DNA of 64,000 bases, taken from NCBI GenBank assembly GCA_001462225.1, contig LIUH01000148.1, positions 15,209-79,208 on the forward strand, read 5' to 3'. The stretch's first letter is position 1. Every line of letters begins with the position of its first letter. Source of the DNA: Fibrobacteria bacterium GUT31. Lineage in GTDB: Bacteria > Fibrobacterota > Fibrobacteria > Fibrobacterales > Fibrobacteraceae. The notes beneath the pieces were generated by a model, which saw nothing but the letters and a program-made list of their open reading frames with translations, did not search any database and had not been told where the DNA came from. Positions 34,197-43,599 of this stretch are shown piece after piece. Both the position numbers and the translations under genes were made by a program.

Positions 34197-35298
34197 TTGC
34201 TATAATTTTAACATCGAATTTTTTTACGCTTTCAATTCCGCATAATGCCATTTGGTTTCGTAAATTTACATTTTCAATCAACATTTGTACCTTTTCTGCC
34301 ATCGCATTTAAGTTTCCATATTCCGTTATGAAACCGTTTTTTTCATTATCTATAATATCGCTAAGAGATAAATACGAATCCATTGCCACCGGAACACAAC
34401 CAAAACTCTGAGCCTCTGCAAGTGTCATTCCAAATCCTTCGAAACTTCTTATGCTTGTTTGCAGCAAAATAGAAGCTTCTTCATAATACGGCTTTGGATT
34501 GCGAAAACCTTCAAAGCTAATTCTGGGTAAATACTTGGCTTTATCTTTCAATTTTTGCAAGTCCGGTCCATCTCCTAAGAAAATCATATTCCAATCTTTA
34601 TATTTTTCACAGAGAATTTCCCATACTAATAATGCCAAAGAAGGTTGTTTTTGATTTTCTTCCATTCTGGCAACAAACAAAATCTTCTTTTGTTTATTTT
34701 TTAAGCAAATTGAATTTTCCAAAATCAAAGGATTGGCTATTGCTCTTAATTTGTTTAAATTTTTTTGCGGCATCAATTTTTTATATTGTTCAACAAATTT
34801 TTGCGAAAGCAAGACTACAATATCTGATTTTCCGTATGCGATATTTCTCTTTCGCAATTCTGCGATTCTTTTGAAAAAACATACAAAAATTTCGGGAAAC
34901 ATTCTGTTTTTCAAACTAGTTTTGTAATAATTTAGCATTAATAATGAAAAATGATGGCATTGAATTAATTTTGTTTTTGTGCTTTGCTTTGCGGAATAAC
35001 ACAATTTAGAATATTCAAGTATTTGAAATTGCTGATTTATGAGAATATGTATAGTTTTGCTTAATAGCAAATTTCGCAAAAATTCAATGTTGGATTTATT
35101 TTCAATGTTTTGTTTATTTGGAAATTCATTGGATTCTAAATTAGTTTTAGAATTGAAATTGAAATCAAAATCATTTTTTTCAAAATATGCTACAAAAATT
35201 TTATGCCCTTTACGACTAAATTCATCTATAAGAATGCCAGTTACGGTTTCTACCCCACCTCCGAACGGAAATCTTTCCAGCACAAATAATATATTCAT
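34159..35298 (-). CDS. Glycosyltransferase family 4 (GT-B, group 1)
   Basis: C-terminal EGFGMTLAEAQSFGCVPVA (EX7E-type motif). Confidence 0.8.
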   Translation of the reverse strand: MNILFVLERFPFGGGVETVTGILIDEFSRKGHKIFVAYFEKNDFDFNFNSKTNLESNEFPNKQNIENKSNIEFLRNLLLSKTIHILINQQFQILEYSKLCYSAKQSTKTKLIQCHHFSLLMLNYYKTSLKNRMFPEIFVCFFKRIAELRKRNIAYGKSDIVVLLSQKFVEQYKKLMPQKNLNKLRAIANPLILENSICLKNKQKKILFVARMEENQKQPSLALLVWEILCEKYKDWNMIFLGDGPDLQKLKDKAKYLPRISFEGFRNPKPYYEEASILLQTSIRSFEGFGMTLAEAQSFGCVPVAMDSYLSLSDIIDNEKNGFITEYGNLNAMAEKVQMLIENVNLRNQMALCGIESVKKFDVKIIANEWERLFNELRK

Positions 35299-36632
35299 AA
35301 TTTTGTCTCTTCTCTTTTAAAACTGAGACTAAGCATGACCCCCATTAACCATGGATCAAAACCTCTAGATGGCGATGCATCAAACATCATAAGGGAAAAC
35401 ATAACAATAAATCCTCCCAATAATCCGTAAACGAAGCTCTCTTTCGGAAATTTTGCCAAATAACGAACAGCAGAAATTAAACAAATTGCAACAATAACGG
35501 TAACATGCAACAAACCGATTATACCGCTCTCTGCGAGTATATTTAAGATTTCATTATGAGCAACCGGCAAATACGGTAGTTTTTCTATCCCGGGAATTTG
35601 GGGCATGGAATTTAAATATTTTGTATGTATCTCCAGAAATGTCCCCGGGCCATGCCCCCATATTTTATTAGCAGAAAAACAATCCAAAGCGGCAGCCCAA
35701 GCCGTTAAGCGACCTAAATTACTGGAATCTAATTTGCCGGAGATAATAAAATTCATATTATTTACTATAATAAGATTTTGAGGCAACAAGTGCCATATTC
35801 CGACTAATAGAATAAATAAAATTAAAACACCGGTTATGCTTAGCATAGTTTTTTTCAATATGGAAATTTTTTCTGATTTTAAAAATATATTCATGCATAA
35901 ACCCAACGAACCCCCTAAAATCATTCCTATGATTCCAAGCCTTGTCCCACTTATTAAGATTGCGCAAAAAACACAAAGTGTACAAATTAACATGAGCCAT
36001 AGCTTGCATTTTTTTTGTACACAAAAATCAACAAATCCGATTGTCCACAAAACAGCAAGCAAAATTGCGTAATTTGTTGCAAAACCAGTAGGTCCGCTTA
36101 TACGAGTCGGATTATATAACAATTTTTCAAAAAATCCCCATACGATTAAATAGCCTCCATAAGAGCAAATTATGAAAAGAATTTTTTTTCTATTCCATTT
36201 TACAAGTGATGTCCATAAAAAAACGGAAATTAAAAGACTCGTAAGAATTAACCATGAATATATACTGTCTTTATATGGTCTAACAATCAACAAAATTGCG
36301 TAATACGACAAAAACCAGAATATAATAAGCCAAAATTGCCAAGCCATGTTTTTACTGCGAATTGCATAAAAAAAACACAGCAATGGGGCAGCTATATAAA
36401 CGAGATAAAACGAGATATACATCTCCGGTTGATACGTAACCATAAATGCACTGGAAAAAAGAACGGCTAATATGCCAACTTCCGGTTTGTCAAAAAGCAA
36501 AAATAAAAAAACACCGAATAAAAGTACAGCGCAGATTAATATTCCGAGAATATGTCCGTTGCCTCCGAGCAGGAATATTACTGTAACAAAAAATACGAGC
36601 AGTAATAAAGCAAACGTTTGAAAAAAACTCAT
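35295..36632 (-). CDS. O-antigen polymerase/ligase family membrane protein (Wzy-like)
   Basis: About 11 TM helices. VAHNEILNILAESGIIGLL is typical of the Wzy_C domain. Confidence 0.7.
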   Translation of the reverse strand: MSFFQTFALLLLVFFVTVIFLLGGNGHILGILICAVLLFGVFLFLLFDKPEVGILAVLFSSAFMVTYQPEMYISFYLVYIAAPLLCFFYAIRSKNMAWQFWLIIFWFLSYYAILLIVRPYKDSIYSWLILTSLLISVFLWTSLVKWNRKKILFIICSYGGYLIVWGFFEKLLYNPTRISGPTGFATNYAILLAVLWTIGFVDFCVQKKCKLWLMLICTLCVFCAILISGTRLGIIGMILGGSLGLCMNIFLKSEKISILKKTMLSITGVLILFILLVGIWHLLPQNLIIVNNMNFIISGKLDSSNLGRLTAWAAALDCFSANKIWGHGPGTFLEIHTKYLNSMPQIPGIEKLPYLPVAHNEILNILAESGIIGLLHVTVIVAICLISAVRYLAKFPKESFVYGLLGGFIVMFSLMMFDASPSRGFDPWLMGVMLSLSFKREETKL

Positions 36633-37804
36633 TTAATCAGGCCCAATATTTTTCTCACATTGTCTCTAGTTTTTGCATCACATTCTAATTCCCCGTAATA
36701 TATATTCTTAAGAAGCAGAAATATATTTACAAAAACAAAGGCTAACATCGCCGCTCCCACCGCCCACGTCACCCTCTTAGGCTTGCTCTTATAGTCTGCC
36801 AAATAAGCATCCTGCACAACTTGTATTACCGGCAAATTTTTTGCGGCGTTGCCTTCTTCCATAACAATATTGCCTTCAACCATCTCAAGCATTGTAAAAA
36901 GTCTTCTCAAACCAGTCTCCAGCTTCTCACGTTCTATCATTTTTTCCACAGCCCAATCGGAATTTATATAAACGGATTTCTTGCTTGGCAAATAATCTTC
37001 TGAAAATTCGCCGCGCAGTTTTTGCGCCTCCCTTTCCAAAATTTCCCTCCTTTTGCGAAGTTCAGCCGCAGTGGAATTATCCGACCCGACTCTGCTCTCG
37101 TTGATTCGCAAATTCTTTATCTGCTCTTCATAACTCGCAAGCGCAGTTATTGTTAATTTTAATTGTGATTCCAAATCGAGCAGATTGTTGTCCCTGTAAA
37201 ACTTAATCAGAACATCGCTTAGGGAATCGGCAGAAGCTACAATGCTCTGTTTAAAGGAATTTAACTGCTCTATCGTTTGCAAAGCCCGTTCTCTTCGGAG
37301 TTTTATGTATTTTGCGTTTGCCTCTTGAACTACAAAGCGAACTAGGTCGCGAGCCAATTCATTGTTTTTTGCTTCATATACGCAAAAAACAATTCCCGTT
37401 AATTCATCAACATCTATTTTTATGTCTTTGCTAAATTGTTTTAGCAATGTTTCTTTATATTTTGCGCCTTTATATATTGTGTCTAATCTGAACTTTTCTA
37501 TGGTGGCTAACTGAACATCGCGACCGTGAATTATATCCAAGTATAAATCTTCATTCTCCTGACCGGCCATAGGTATAAGGGAAGAGCCGAGAGAACCAAG
37601 CACATTAAACGCTGAAACGTTTTTTAACAGAGAATTGATGCTTGTTGTTTGGGAGCCTGTGTCTAAAAGTATCCTGATTTCGCTTTTATAATAAGGCGGT
37701 AAAAGCCATGCTATGACAAAACCGAGAACACCGGCAAGAAAAGGAATTCCGATGGAATATTTTTTTCTTTTTAACAAAAAAATCAGAATTTCGGTAAGAG
37801 ACAT
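36629..37804 (-). CDS. Polysaccharide chain-length determinant (Wzz/GumC-like, no kinase domain)
   Basis: N-terminal TM with the PPYYKSE motif, a long coiled-coil periplasmic region and a C-terminal TM helix. Confidence 0.6.
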   Translation of the reverse strand: MSLTEILIFLLKRKKYSIGIPFLAGVLGFVIAWLLPPYYKSEIRILLDTGSQTTSINSLLKNVSAFNVLGSLGSSLIPMAGQENEDLYLDIIHGRDVQLATIEKFRLDTIYKGAKYKETLLKQFSKDIKIDVDELTGIVFCVYEAKNNELARDLVRFVVQEANAKYIKLRRERALQTIEQLNSFKQSIVASADSLSDVLIKFYRDNNLLDLESQLKLTITALASYEEQIKNLRINESRVGSDNSTAAELRKRREILEREAQKLRGEFSEDYLPSKKSVYINSDWAVEKMIEREKLETGLRRLFTMLEMVEGNIVMEEGNAAKNLPVIQVVQDAYLADYKSKPKRVTWAVGAAMLAFVFVNIFLLLKNIYYGELECDAKTRDNVRKILGLIK

Positions 37805-37811
37805 AACACCT

Positions 37812-38423
37812 CTAAGGCCACCTGAAAACCACCGGTATGGTATCCAAAGCCGGAAGTGCGTGCAAAAATGACCTGAATGCGGATTCGGTTGCTGCCCTTG
37901 CCTGATCTCTTATCTCCCGATTCCTTCTTACGTCAAGACCTGTTTCAAACTTTTGTTTTGCCTCCAATGCAAATTGATCACTCGCGTCGTATTTATTGAA
38001 AAAACCGTTCTTGTGGTCATACACCTCTGCGGTTTCAGGATATATCTCATGGGAGATAATTTTTATCGGCGGAAATTTTATGAACAAGGTATCGGAACGG
38101 GTAGTATCAATTTGAATTTCATTGCAGTGAATGCCCAGCTTTATCGAGCCGTCTATTACAGCAAGCATTTTCTTTTCGGTTCCGGGTATCGGAATGCCGA
38201 ACACCTCCTTGCTGCTCACATCCTTCATCACAGAAGTGTATCTGTAATGAAGGGAAACGAACTCCGCTACAGGGAAAACCTGGCGTACGGTGGTATGGAT
38301 GCTTATCTCTCGCTGCGACGCTGCGGCATCACCGCTACCGCCTGACGGCCGCCCAAGCAGAAAACCTATACAACCCACAGCTAAGGCGAGCAGTATAACT
38401 AAAATGGTCGTGAATCTAAACAT
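37812..38423 (-). CDS. Membrane-anchored hypothetical protein (DUF4230-like)
   Basis: 203 aa with an N-terminal TM helix. The family call rests only on size and layout. Confidence 0.35.
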   Translation of the reverse strand: MFRFTTILVILLALAVGCIGFLLGRPSGGSGDAAASQREISIHTTVRQVFPVAEFVSLHYRYTSVMKDVSSKEVFGIPIPGTEKKMLAVIDGSIKLGIHCNEIQIDTTRSDTLFIKFPPIKIISHEIYPETAEVYDHKNGFFNKYDASDQFALEAKQKFETGLDVRRNREIRDQARAATESAFRSFLHALPALDTIPVVFRWP

Positions 38424-38424
38424 A

Positions 38425-39576
38425 TCAATAACTCGCTATTATGAGAACCGTTGCTACAATGCTTAAAATAGAAGTTACAAATAGCGTAACATCTTTTACT
38501 TGCTCATATACGGATCTCGGTATTTCAATAAAATCTCCGGGCAAAATTTCGCCTGCCGCCCAATCAACGGAAATTTTCTTTCCGTCTCTCATAACAGAAA
38601 CCCTACTTAAACTGCCCGTTATTAAGGTTACCCCGCTTGCCGCCACATAATCTGCGGCGTACATTGATGAATTATAAGGTACCTTTCCGACTGCAGCCAC
38701 GGCTCCGCCGACGTATACGTATGGAGCTTGCATGTGAAACCCGATTTCATTTAAAGGTTCGGGCGAAAAACCGTCTATTTTGTCAATGCCAATCCACCTT
38801 GTAAAACCGTCTTCCGAATTTTTTATGCTTATCTCCGTAAAACCATTATCCGTATTTATGCCGGCTTCTCTTGCGTATTCCTTTAGTGTGCGGTTGGGAA
38901 TGTACGGAAGTGTCATGGTTTTCCCCGCATGCGTTAAATAGACGGTTTGCCGCCACTCCTTGTGCGGAACTTCTACAATGTCTCCGACTTCCAAAAGGAT
39001 ATTTTCCGCCGTAGCTATGGTATCGCCTTTGCGATATACATAAATGCTGTCTCTGTTTGCATAAGGTTTAAAATTCCCTGTTAAATAAATTGCATTCCTT
39101 GCCCTTGCTTGTCCGCTCACTACAACCTGCCCGGGGTTCCATACCGCTCCTTGAACACTAACAACAAAACGGCGCAACTGAACCAAATGCACTTCCGTAA
39201 ATCTTTTGTCGTAGCGGATTTTCAACTTTTCCAAAATTTTTTGCTTTGCCTCAAATAATTTTAATCCGCTCACTTCAACAAGCCCGCAGCCTTGAATGGC
39301 AACGGTTCCTTCCGGCGAAACTTGCACTCCCTCGTTGCCCGTCGGCAAAAGGATTTCGAAAAAATCCCCAGGTCCAACCACATAATTGGAATCTATAGGA
39401 CCTTCTAAATTCAGAGGATTTTGCGAGGCTAGTTCACGCGGTCTAACAACCTGATCTTCGTAAAAAGTCGGTGCAAAATACATAGTGCTGCTTTGTCTTG
39501 TAATTACATCATCTGCCGCATTCGCCAGGAAAAGCGCTGCCGCAACAGATAGTAAAATTTTCTTGCAAAAATTCAT
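38425..39576 (-). CDS. Polysaccharide export protein (Wza/Poly_export + SLBB)
   Basis: YVVGPGDFFEILL Poly_export motif, with a signal peptide and a C-terminal helix. Confidence 0.75.
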   Translation of the reverse strand: MNFCKKILLSVAAALFLANAADDVITRQSSTMYFAPTFYEDQVVRPRELASQNPLNLEGPIDSNYVVGPGDFFEILLPTGNEGVQVSPEGTVAIQGCGLVEVSGLKLFEAKQKILEKLKIRYDKRFTEVHLVQLRRFVVSVQGAVWNPGQVVVSGQARARNAIYLTGNFKPYANRDSIYVYRKGDTIATAENILLEVGDIVEVPHKEWRQTVYLTHAGKTMTLPYIPNRTLKEYAREAGINTDNGFTEISIKNSEDGFTRWIGIDKIDGFSPEPLNEIGFHMQAPYVYVGGAVAAVGKVPYNSSMYAADYVAASGVTLITGSLSRVSVMRDGKKISVDWAAGEILPGDFIEIPRSVYEQVKDVTLFVTSILSIVATVLIIASY

Positions 39577-40688
39577 TTTAGCGATTCATAATATACAAAT
39601 TTGTGCTGCGGTAAAATTTCAGGGTGGAATATAAAAATCAAGTCTGCCAAAACCAAATCGGGATATGCCGCTGCGGATTCGTAAAAATCCCTGCTTCCGT
39701 TTTTCCCGATACGTTTTGAACTCTGGTAAATTTTGCCGTTTTGCCATAGCGGGAGCATATTCATTCTGGGTTCGTTTTGCAAGATTTCCGCTTTGCTTGT
39801 CCAAAGGCTGGGGTGCAGCCAAAATTCCGCTTGCGAGCCGCTTTGCAAGGCATCCTCTATATTCAAGGTTAAAAGCCCGGTTTTAGCCGTGTTTTCCCAT
39901 ATATATTGCGCACCTGCATCTCGCAGGAATTTTGCAAAATAACTGTTGCCCCCGCCGGCAAACCATTCCGAGCCTTGAGGATAGCCTGTTAGCACCGGAG
40001 GCTTTTTTTCTGCGTTATGAGCCAAACCTGCAAGCAAATTGTATTTCTCCGAAATTTCGGTGAAAATTGAATCCGCATCCTTTTCCTTTCCAAATAAAAT
40101 TCCAAAAAATTTGAGCCATTCAAAGCGGGCAAGAGGGTGGCTCTCCATCCATTCCGCAATGAGGATAGCCGGAATTCCTGCGGTTTTTAGGCGAGGATAA
40201 TCATCGTAAACGGAAGAGCCTGTACCGAAAGTAAAAACGACGTCCGGCTGCAAAACCATGATGGTTTCCAAATCCAGCGAGTTTCCGCTACCGACTTCTT
40301 TCACGGAAAGGGAATCAATTAAATGTTGCATTTTTTCGCTGTAAATCAGATTTCGGTTTTCAACGGCAGCCACTCGTCCCAATACACTGAGCCTTTCCAT
40401 AAAGGCTATGGCTGTTGTAGAGAGAACAACCGCCTTTTTAACCGGAATTTTAATTTGCGGCAAATTTCTCAGACTGTCCGGCAACTCAGCAGTACCGAAG
40501 GCGGAATCCAAAAGCAGCCATCTGTGCTTTTCCGTGTCTCCATTCCACGCTTCCTTTATGCTCAAAACCCTATAGCCGTTAAAGGAATCCACGCTAAAAT
40601 GCTCGGCTCGGCCGCCTTTTGCTTCGGTAACAGGCTCTTTTGAGCAGGAAACGAGGAATAACAGGAAAGAAAGGTATAGTAGCGGCAT
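39573..40688 (-). CDS. Lipoprotein, ABC-type periplasmic binding protein (BtuF/FhuD class)
   Basis: I moved the start to ATG 40688 (MPLLYLSFLLFLVSC lipobox), 7 nt after a TATATT motif. VVLSTTAIAFMERLSVLGRVAAVE is typical of Peripla_BP_2. It has an ATGA overlap with the wza-like gene. Confidence 0.65.
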   Translation of the reverse strand: MPLLYLSFLLFLVSCSKEPVTEAKGGRAEHFSVDSFNGYRVLSIKEAWNGDTEKHRWLLLDSAFGTAELPDSLRNLPQIKIPVKKAVVLSTTAIAFMERLSVLGRVAAVENRNLIYSEKMQHLIDSLSVKEVGSGNSLDLETIMVLQPDVVFTFGTGSSVYDDYPRLKTAGIPAILIAEWMESHPLARFEWLKFFGILFGKEKDADSIFTEISEKYNLLAGLAHNAEKKPPVLTGYPQGSEWFAGGGNSYFAKFLRDAGAQYIWENTAKTGLLTLNIEDALQSGSQAEFWLHPSLWTSKAEILQNEPRMNMLPLWQNGKIYQSSKRIGKNGSRDFYESAAAYPDLVLADLIFIFHPEILPQHKFVYYESLK

Positions 40689-40813
40689 ATTTGATAATAT
40701 ATTAATGTTTGGGTCTTGGAAGCGCAAGTTTCCTCAAACCCGTTTGAGGCATTCAACGGTGAAAACATTTTTTACAATTTAGGCGGCTTTATCTATTTCT
40801 AAGGAGGTTTATC

Positions 40814-41063
40814 ATGGACAGAAAAATTTTCGTTCTCGCTTTTATTTCTGTGGCATTTTTCTTTGGCTGCTCCGCAGACGATATGTTTCACAGTGGCGTT
40901 AAGCCGCCGGAGGAGGAAGCTCCCCTATCGGCACCTGGTGGCGGTACAAAGTTTTGCAAGATTGAAGAAGATGATGATACCCATATACCCCGGACAAAAT
41001 ATAGAACTTACGGAAGATTTTTGCACTATTGGCGGTGGCACTGTTGTTCCATCTTGCAATTAG
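40814..41063 (+). pseudogene. Small lipoprotein gene that appears to need a +1 frameshift
   Basis: It has an AGGAGG SD and the signal/lipobox MDRKIFVLAFISVAFFFGC. After about codon 52 the starting frame becomes W/R/C-rich and runs into the next gene. The +1 frame gives IPIYPGQNIELTEDFCTIGGGTVVPSCN* ending at 41063. Confidence 0.35.
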
Positions 41064-41093
41064 CTGTAATAATTATTAGTATATTAGTGGCCT

Positions 41094-41741
41094 ATGCGAA
41101 AGTCAGTCCGCGCCTTTACCGGCGAAATAGTTCCGATAGATGTTGTGCAGTCCATTGTGCTTGGTGCAAACCGGGCGCCTAGCAGCAAAAACACTCAGCC
41201 CTGGAAGCTCATTTTGGTTCAGGGTGCGGCTTTGGAAAATTTGCGTTCGGATTATCAATCAGCTTTCAACGGCGGTGTTAAACCCGCCGATTTTGAATAC
41301 GTGTATAGCCCGGACCCTTTGCCTGATGCTTATAAAAAAAGAGCGGTTGAACTCGGAAAAACCTTTTTAGCCCACAAAGGAATAGATAGGCAAAACAAGG
41401 AAAAGCGCCGTGAACACGATGGTGAAAACTATAAGTTCTTTGGCGCAAAACAAGTTTTCTTTTTAGCTCTGAATAAAGGCGAATACGCTTTAGGCACATT
41501 TTTGGACTGTGGCATTTTTTTCCAAACCCTCATAATCGAATTGCATAACAGGGGTCTGGGTTGCTGCCCCCAGTATAGCGTTATGGCTTACCCCGATTTG
41601 TTGCGCAAACATATTCCAAATTCAGAAGACCAAATGTTTTTGCTGGCATTGCCCTTTGGATATCCGCAGAAAGGGCATATAGCAAATACCTTTGTCTCTC
41701 AAAGAGAGCCTTTGGAAACTTTCTTTAGAGTAGTGGAATAA
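41094..41741 (+). CDS. Nitroreductase family protein
   Basis: RKSVRAFTGEIVPIDVVQSIVLGANRAPSSKNTQPWKLILV. Confidence 0.85.
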   Translation: MRKSVRAFTGEIVPIDVVQSIVLGANRAPSSKNTQPWKLILVQGAALENLRSDYQSAFNGGVKPADFEYVYSPDPLPDAYKKRAVELGKTFLAHKGIDRQNKEKRREHDGENYKFFGAKQVFFLALNKGEYALGTFLDCGIFFQTLIIELHNRGLGCCPQYSVMAYPDLLRKHIPNSEDQMFLLALPFGYPQKGHIANTFVSQREPLETFFRVVE

Positions 41742-42634
41742 AACGCAATGCCTATGGCAAATAAAAACGTAAGTACACTCCCGACAATGCCTGAGACGGT
41801 TGTTCCCATTCCTGAGCCGCCTCCCCCGGCGTAAAACTTTGTTCCGGCTGTCTTTTCCATAGCCCATTCAAGGCCATCAGGATATGCGGATGCAAATAAG
41901 GATAGAACGCCGCCGACAAATAACGTAATAACAGCAAGCACAATAAGAACATTTCTCATCGAAACACCGCTTTTTATAGCCGTCCTGTCAAAAGCACTCT
42001 CCATAATTTCCGGGCGCATTTTATAAACATAGCAGAGAATAGCTGCGGTTATAATACCCTCCATTGCACCAATCGCCAGATGAATGGGTTGCATTAAAGG
42101 CGCGAAAGTTGAGAAAGGAAGCGCGGTAATGCCGGAAAGCTGAGTTTGCAGCACCACGCTAAACGCACCGAGCTGTAAAGCGGAAACAACTGCGGCTATA
42201 GATGCTATTGTTATTCCGGCAGGTGTCATGCCTTTTTTTATAAGCGGTTTATAGACGAGCGGATAAACAATCAGGCATGGAATAACGCCCATATTAAAAA
42301 TATTGCAACCCAGAGCGAGCAGGCCGCCGTCTGCGAAGAACAAGCATTGAATAATCAATACCGCCGATATGGAAAGAAGCGCGGGAAAACAGCCGATTAT
42401 GGCGGCAAGCAGAATACCGCCGGCAATATGCCCGCTTGAACCGGTAGCAGGAATTGTAAAGTTAATCATTTGAGCGGCGAAAACAAATGCGCTCATAAGA
42501 CCTATGAGGGGAATCTTCTTCTCGCATAGGTCGTCTTTTTTTATTTTTTTCATCGAATAAACAATAGCGGCTGTACTGACGGCATACATAGCCACCCCAA
42601 CAACCGGTGATATTAATGTGTCTGCCATGTGCAT
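41699..42634 (-). CDS. cbiM: ECF-type cobalt/nickel transporter CbiM fused to a PDGLE domain
   Basis: MHMADTLISP N-terminus, GSSGHIAGGILLAAIIG, and C-terminal AYPDGLEWAMEK. The gene has its own -10-type motif and an AAGGAGG SD. Confidence 0.8.
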   Translation of the reverse strand: MHMADTLISPVVGVAMYAVSTAAIVYSMKKIKKDDLCEKKIPLIGLMSAFVFAAQMINFTIPATGSSGHIAGGILLAAIIGCFPALLSISAVLIIQCLFFADGGLLALGCNIFNMGVIPCLIVYPLVYKPLIKKGMTPAGITIASIAAVVSALQLGAFSVVLQTQLSGITALPFSTFAPLMQPIHLAIGAMEGIITAAILCYVYKMRPEIMESAFDRTAIKSGVSMRNVLIVLAVITLFVGGVLSLFASAYPDGLEWAMEKTAGTKFYAGGGGSGMGTTVSGIVGSVLTFLFAIGIAFYSTTLKKVSKGSL

Positions 42635-42694
42635 AACAATTCCTCCTTATGTTACTGCATAATATAGCAAACAAATTAATCAGCGTTTACAATA

Positions 42695-42970
42695 TTACTT
42701 GCAAAAACAATTCCCTGTTGAAGGGGAATATTCATAAGTGGAGCAACCTACGCTTCCGGCCAAATAGGAACAAGCGTCTTGAGACGGTGTATTTCCGACA
42801 AATCTGTTTCCGCGAGAGCCGGCGTCATAGCCCTCCATAAAACCGGTACTAAAATCATTTAGAAATTGACCGCCGCCGCCGCTACCGGCACAACCTAATA
42901 AAGCTAGGGAGCTTAATCCCAAAAGCAATATTTTCCATTTTCCTCGTGACAGGGAATTGATAACAGGCAT
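42695..42970 (-). CDS. Small lipoprotein (Gly/Cys-rich)
   Basis: Signal peptide with lipobox LALLGC. A -10-type motif (rc, around 43004-43009) and an SD lie upstream. Confidence 0.5.
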   Translation of the reverse strand: MPVINSLSRGKWKILLLGLSSLALLGCAGSGGGGQFLNDFSTGFMEGYDAGSRGNRFVGNTPSQDACSYLAGSVGCSTYEYSPSTGNCFCK

Positions 42971-43050
42971 TTTACACCTCTTTGGTTAAATTATTTGCGG
43001 CAAATATAGAATTTTTCAAAGAAAATGTCAAGAGGACGTCAAAAAATTGT

Positions 43051-43599
43051 TTATTTCCCTTGCCGACCAAGCGTCCCCGCGTGATGGCTAATGCAAAGAA
43101 TGCTCCTAGTCTCGCTCTCCTTTTCCAGCAACCTTTCAATCGCCTCAACATTAACCTCATCCAACCCCGCAAAAGGCTCATCCAAAATCCAAATAGGCCG
43201 GTTCAGCAAAATTATCCTAGCAAGAGCAAGCCTCCTTTTCTCACCCCCACTAAAATTATTAGCATATTCCAAAACCCGTTCATCCAACCTTTGCACAAAA
43301 TGCCCTAAATTAACTTTCTCCAATGCATCTTTAATTTCCTCAAAACTCCGTTGCTCAACCGGGCAAAGGTTTTCCAAAAGCGTTCCCTTAAACCACACGG
43401 GATTTTGCGGCATCCAAGCAATATCATTCTTATCACCGGCAAAAACCAATTTCATGTTATCATTATTCTGCGGTTCAATATGCCCCAGCATTTCCAAAAC
43501 CATCCGTGTTTTTCCGCACCCGGACGGACCGACAACATAAATCAGGGATTTCCGTAGGGGCAAATCTATGTGTTTACTCTCACTCATACATCCCCCCAC
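43051..43599 (-). CDS. ABC transporter ATP-binding domain (short, stand-alone)
   Basis: Walker A GPSGCGKT, signature FSGGEKRRLALARI, Walker B WILDEPFAGLD and H-loop ISH. Only about 20 aa precede Walker A. Confidence 0.7.
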   Translation of the reverse strand: MGGCMSESKHIDLPLRKSLIYVVGPSGCGKTRMVLEMLGHIEPQNNDNMKLVFAGDKNDIAWMPQNPVWFKGTLLENLCPVEQRSFEEIKDALEKVNLGHFVQRLDERVLEYANNFSGGEKRRLALARIILLNRPIWILDEPFAGLDEVNVEAIERLLEKESETRSILCISHHAGTLGRQGK

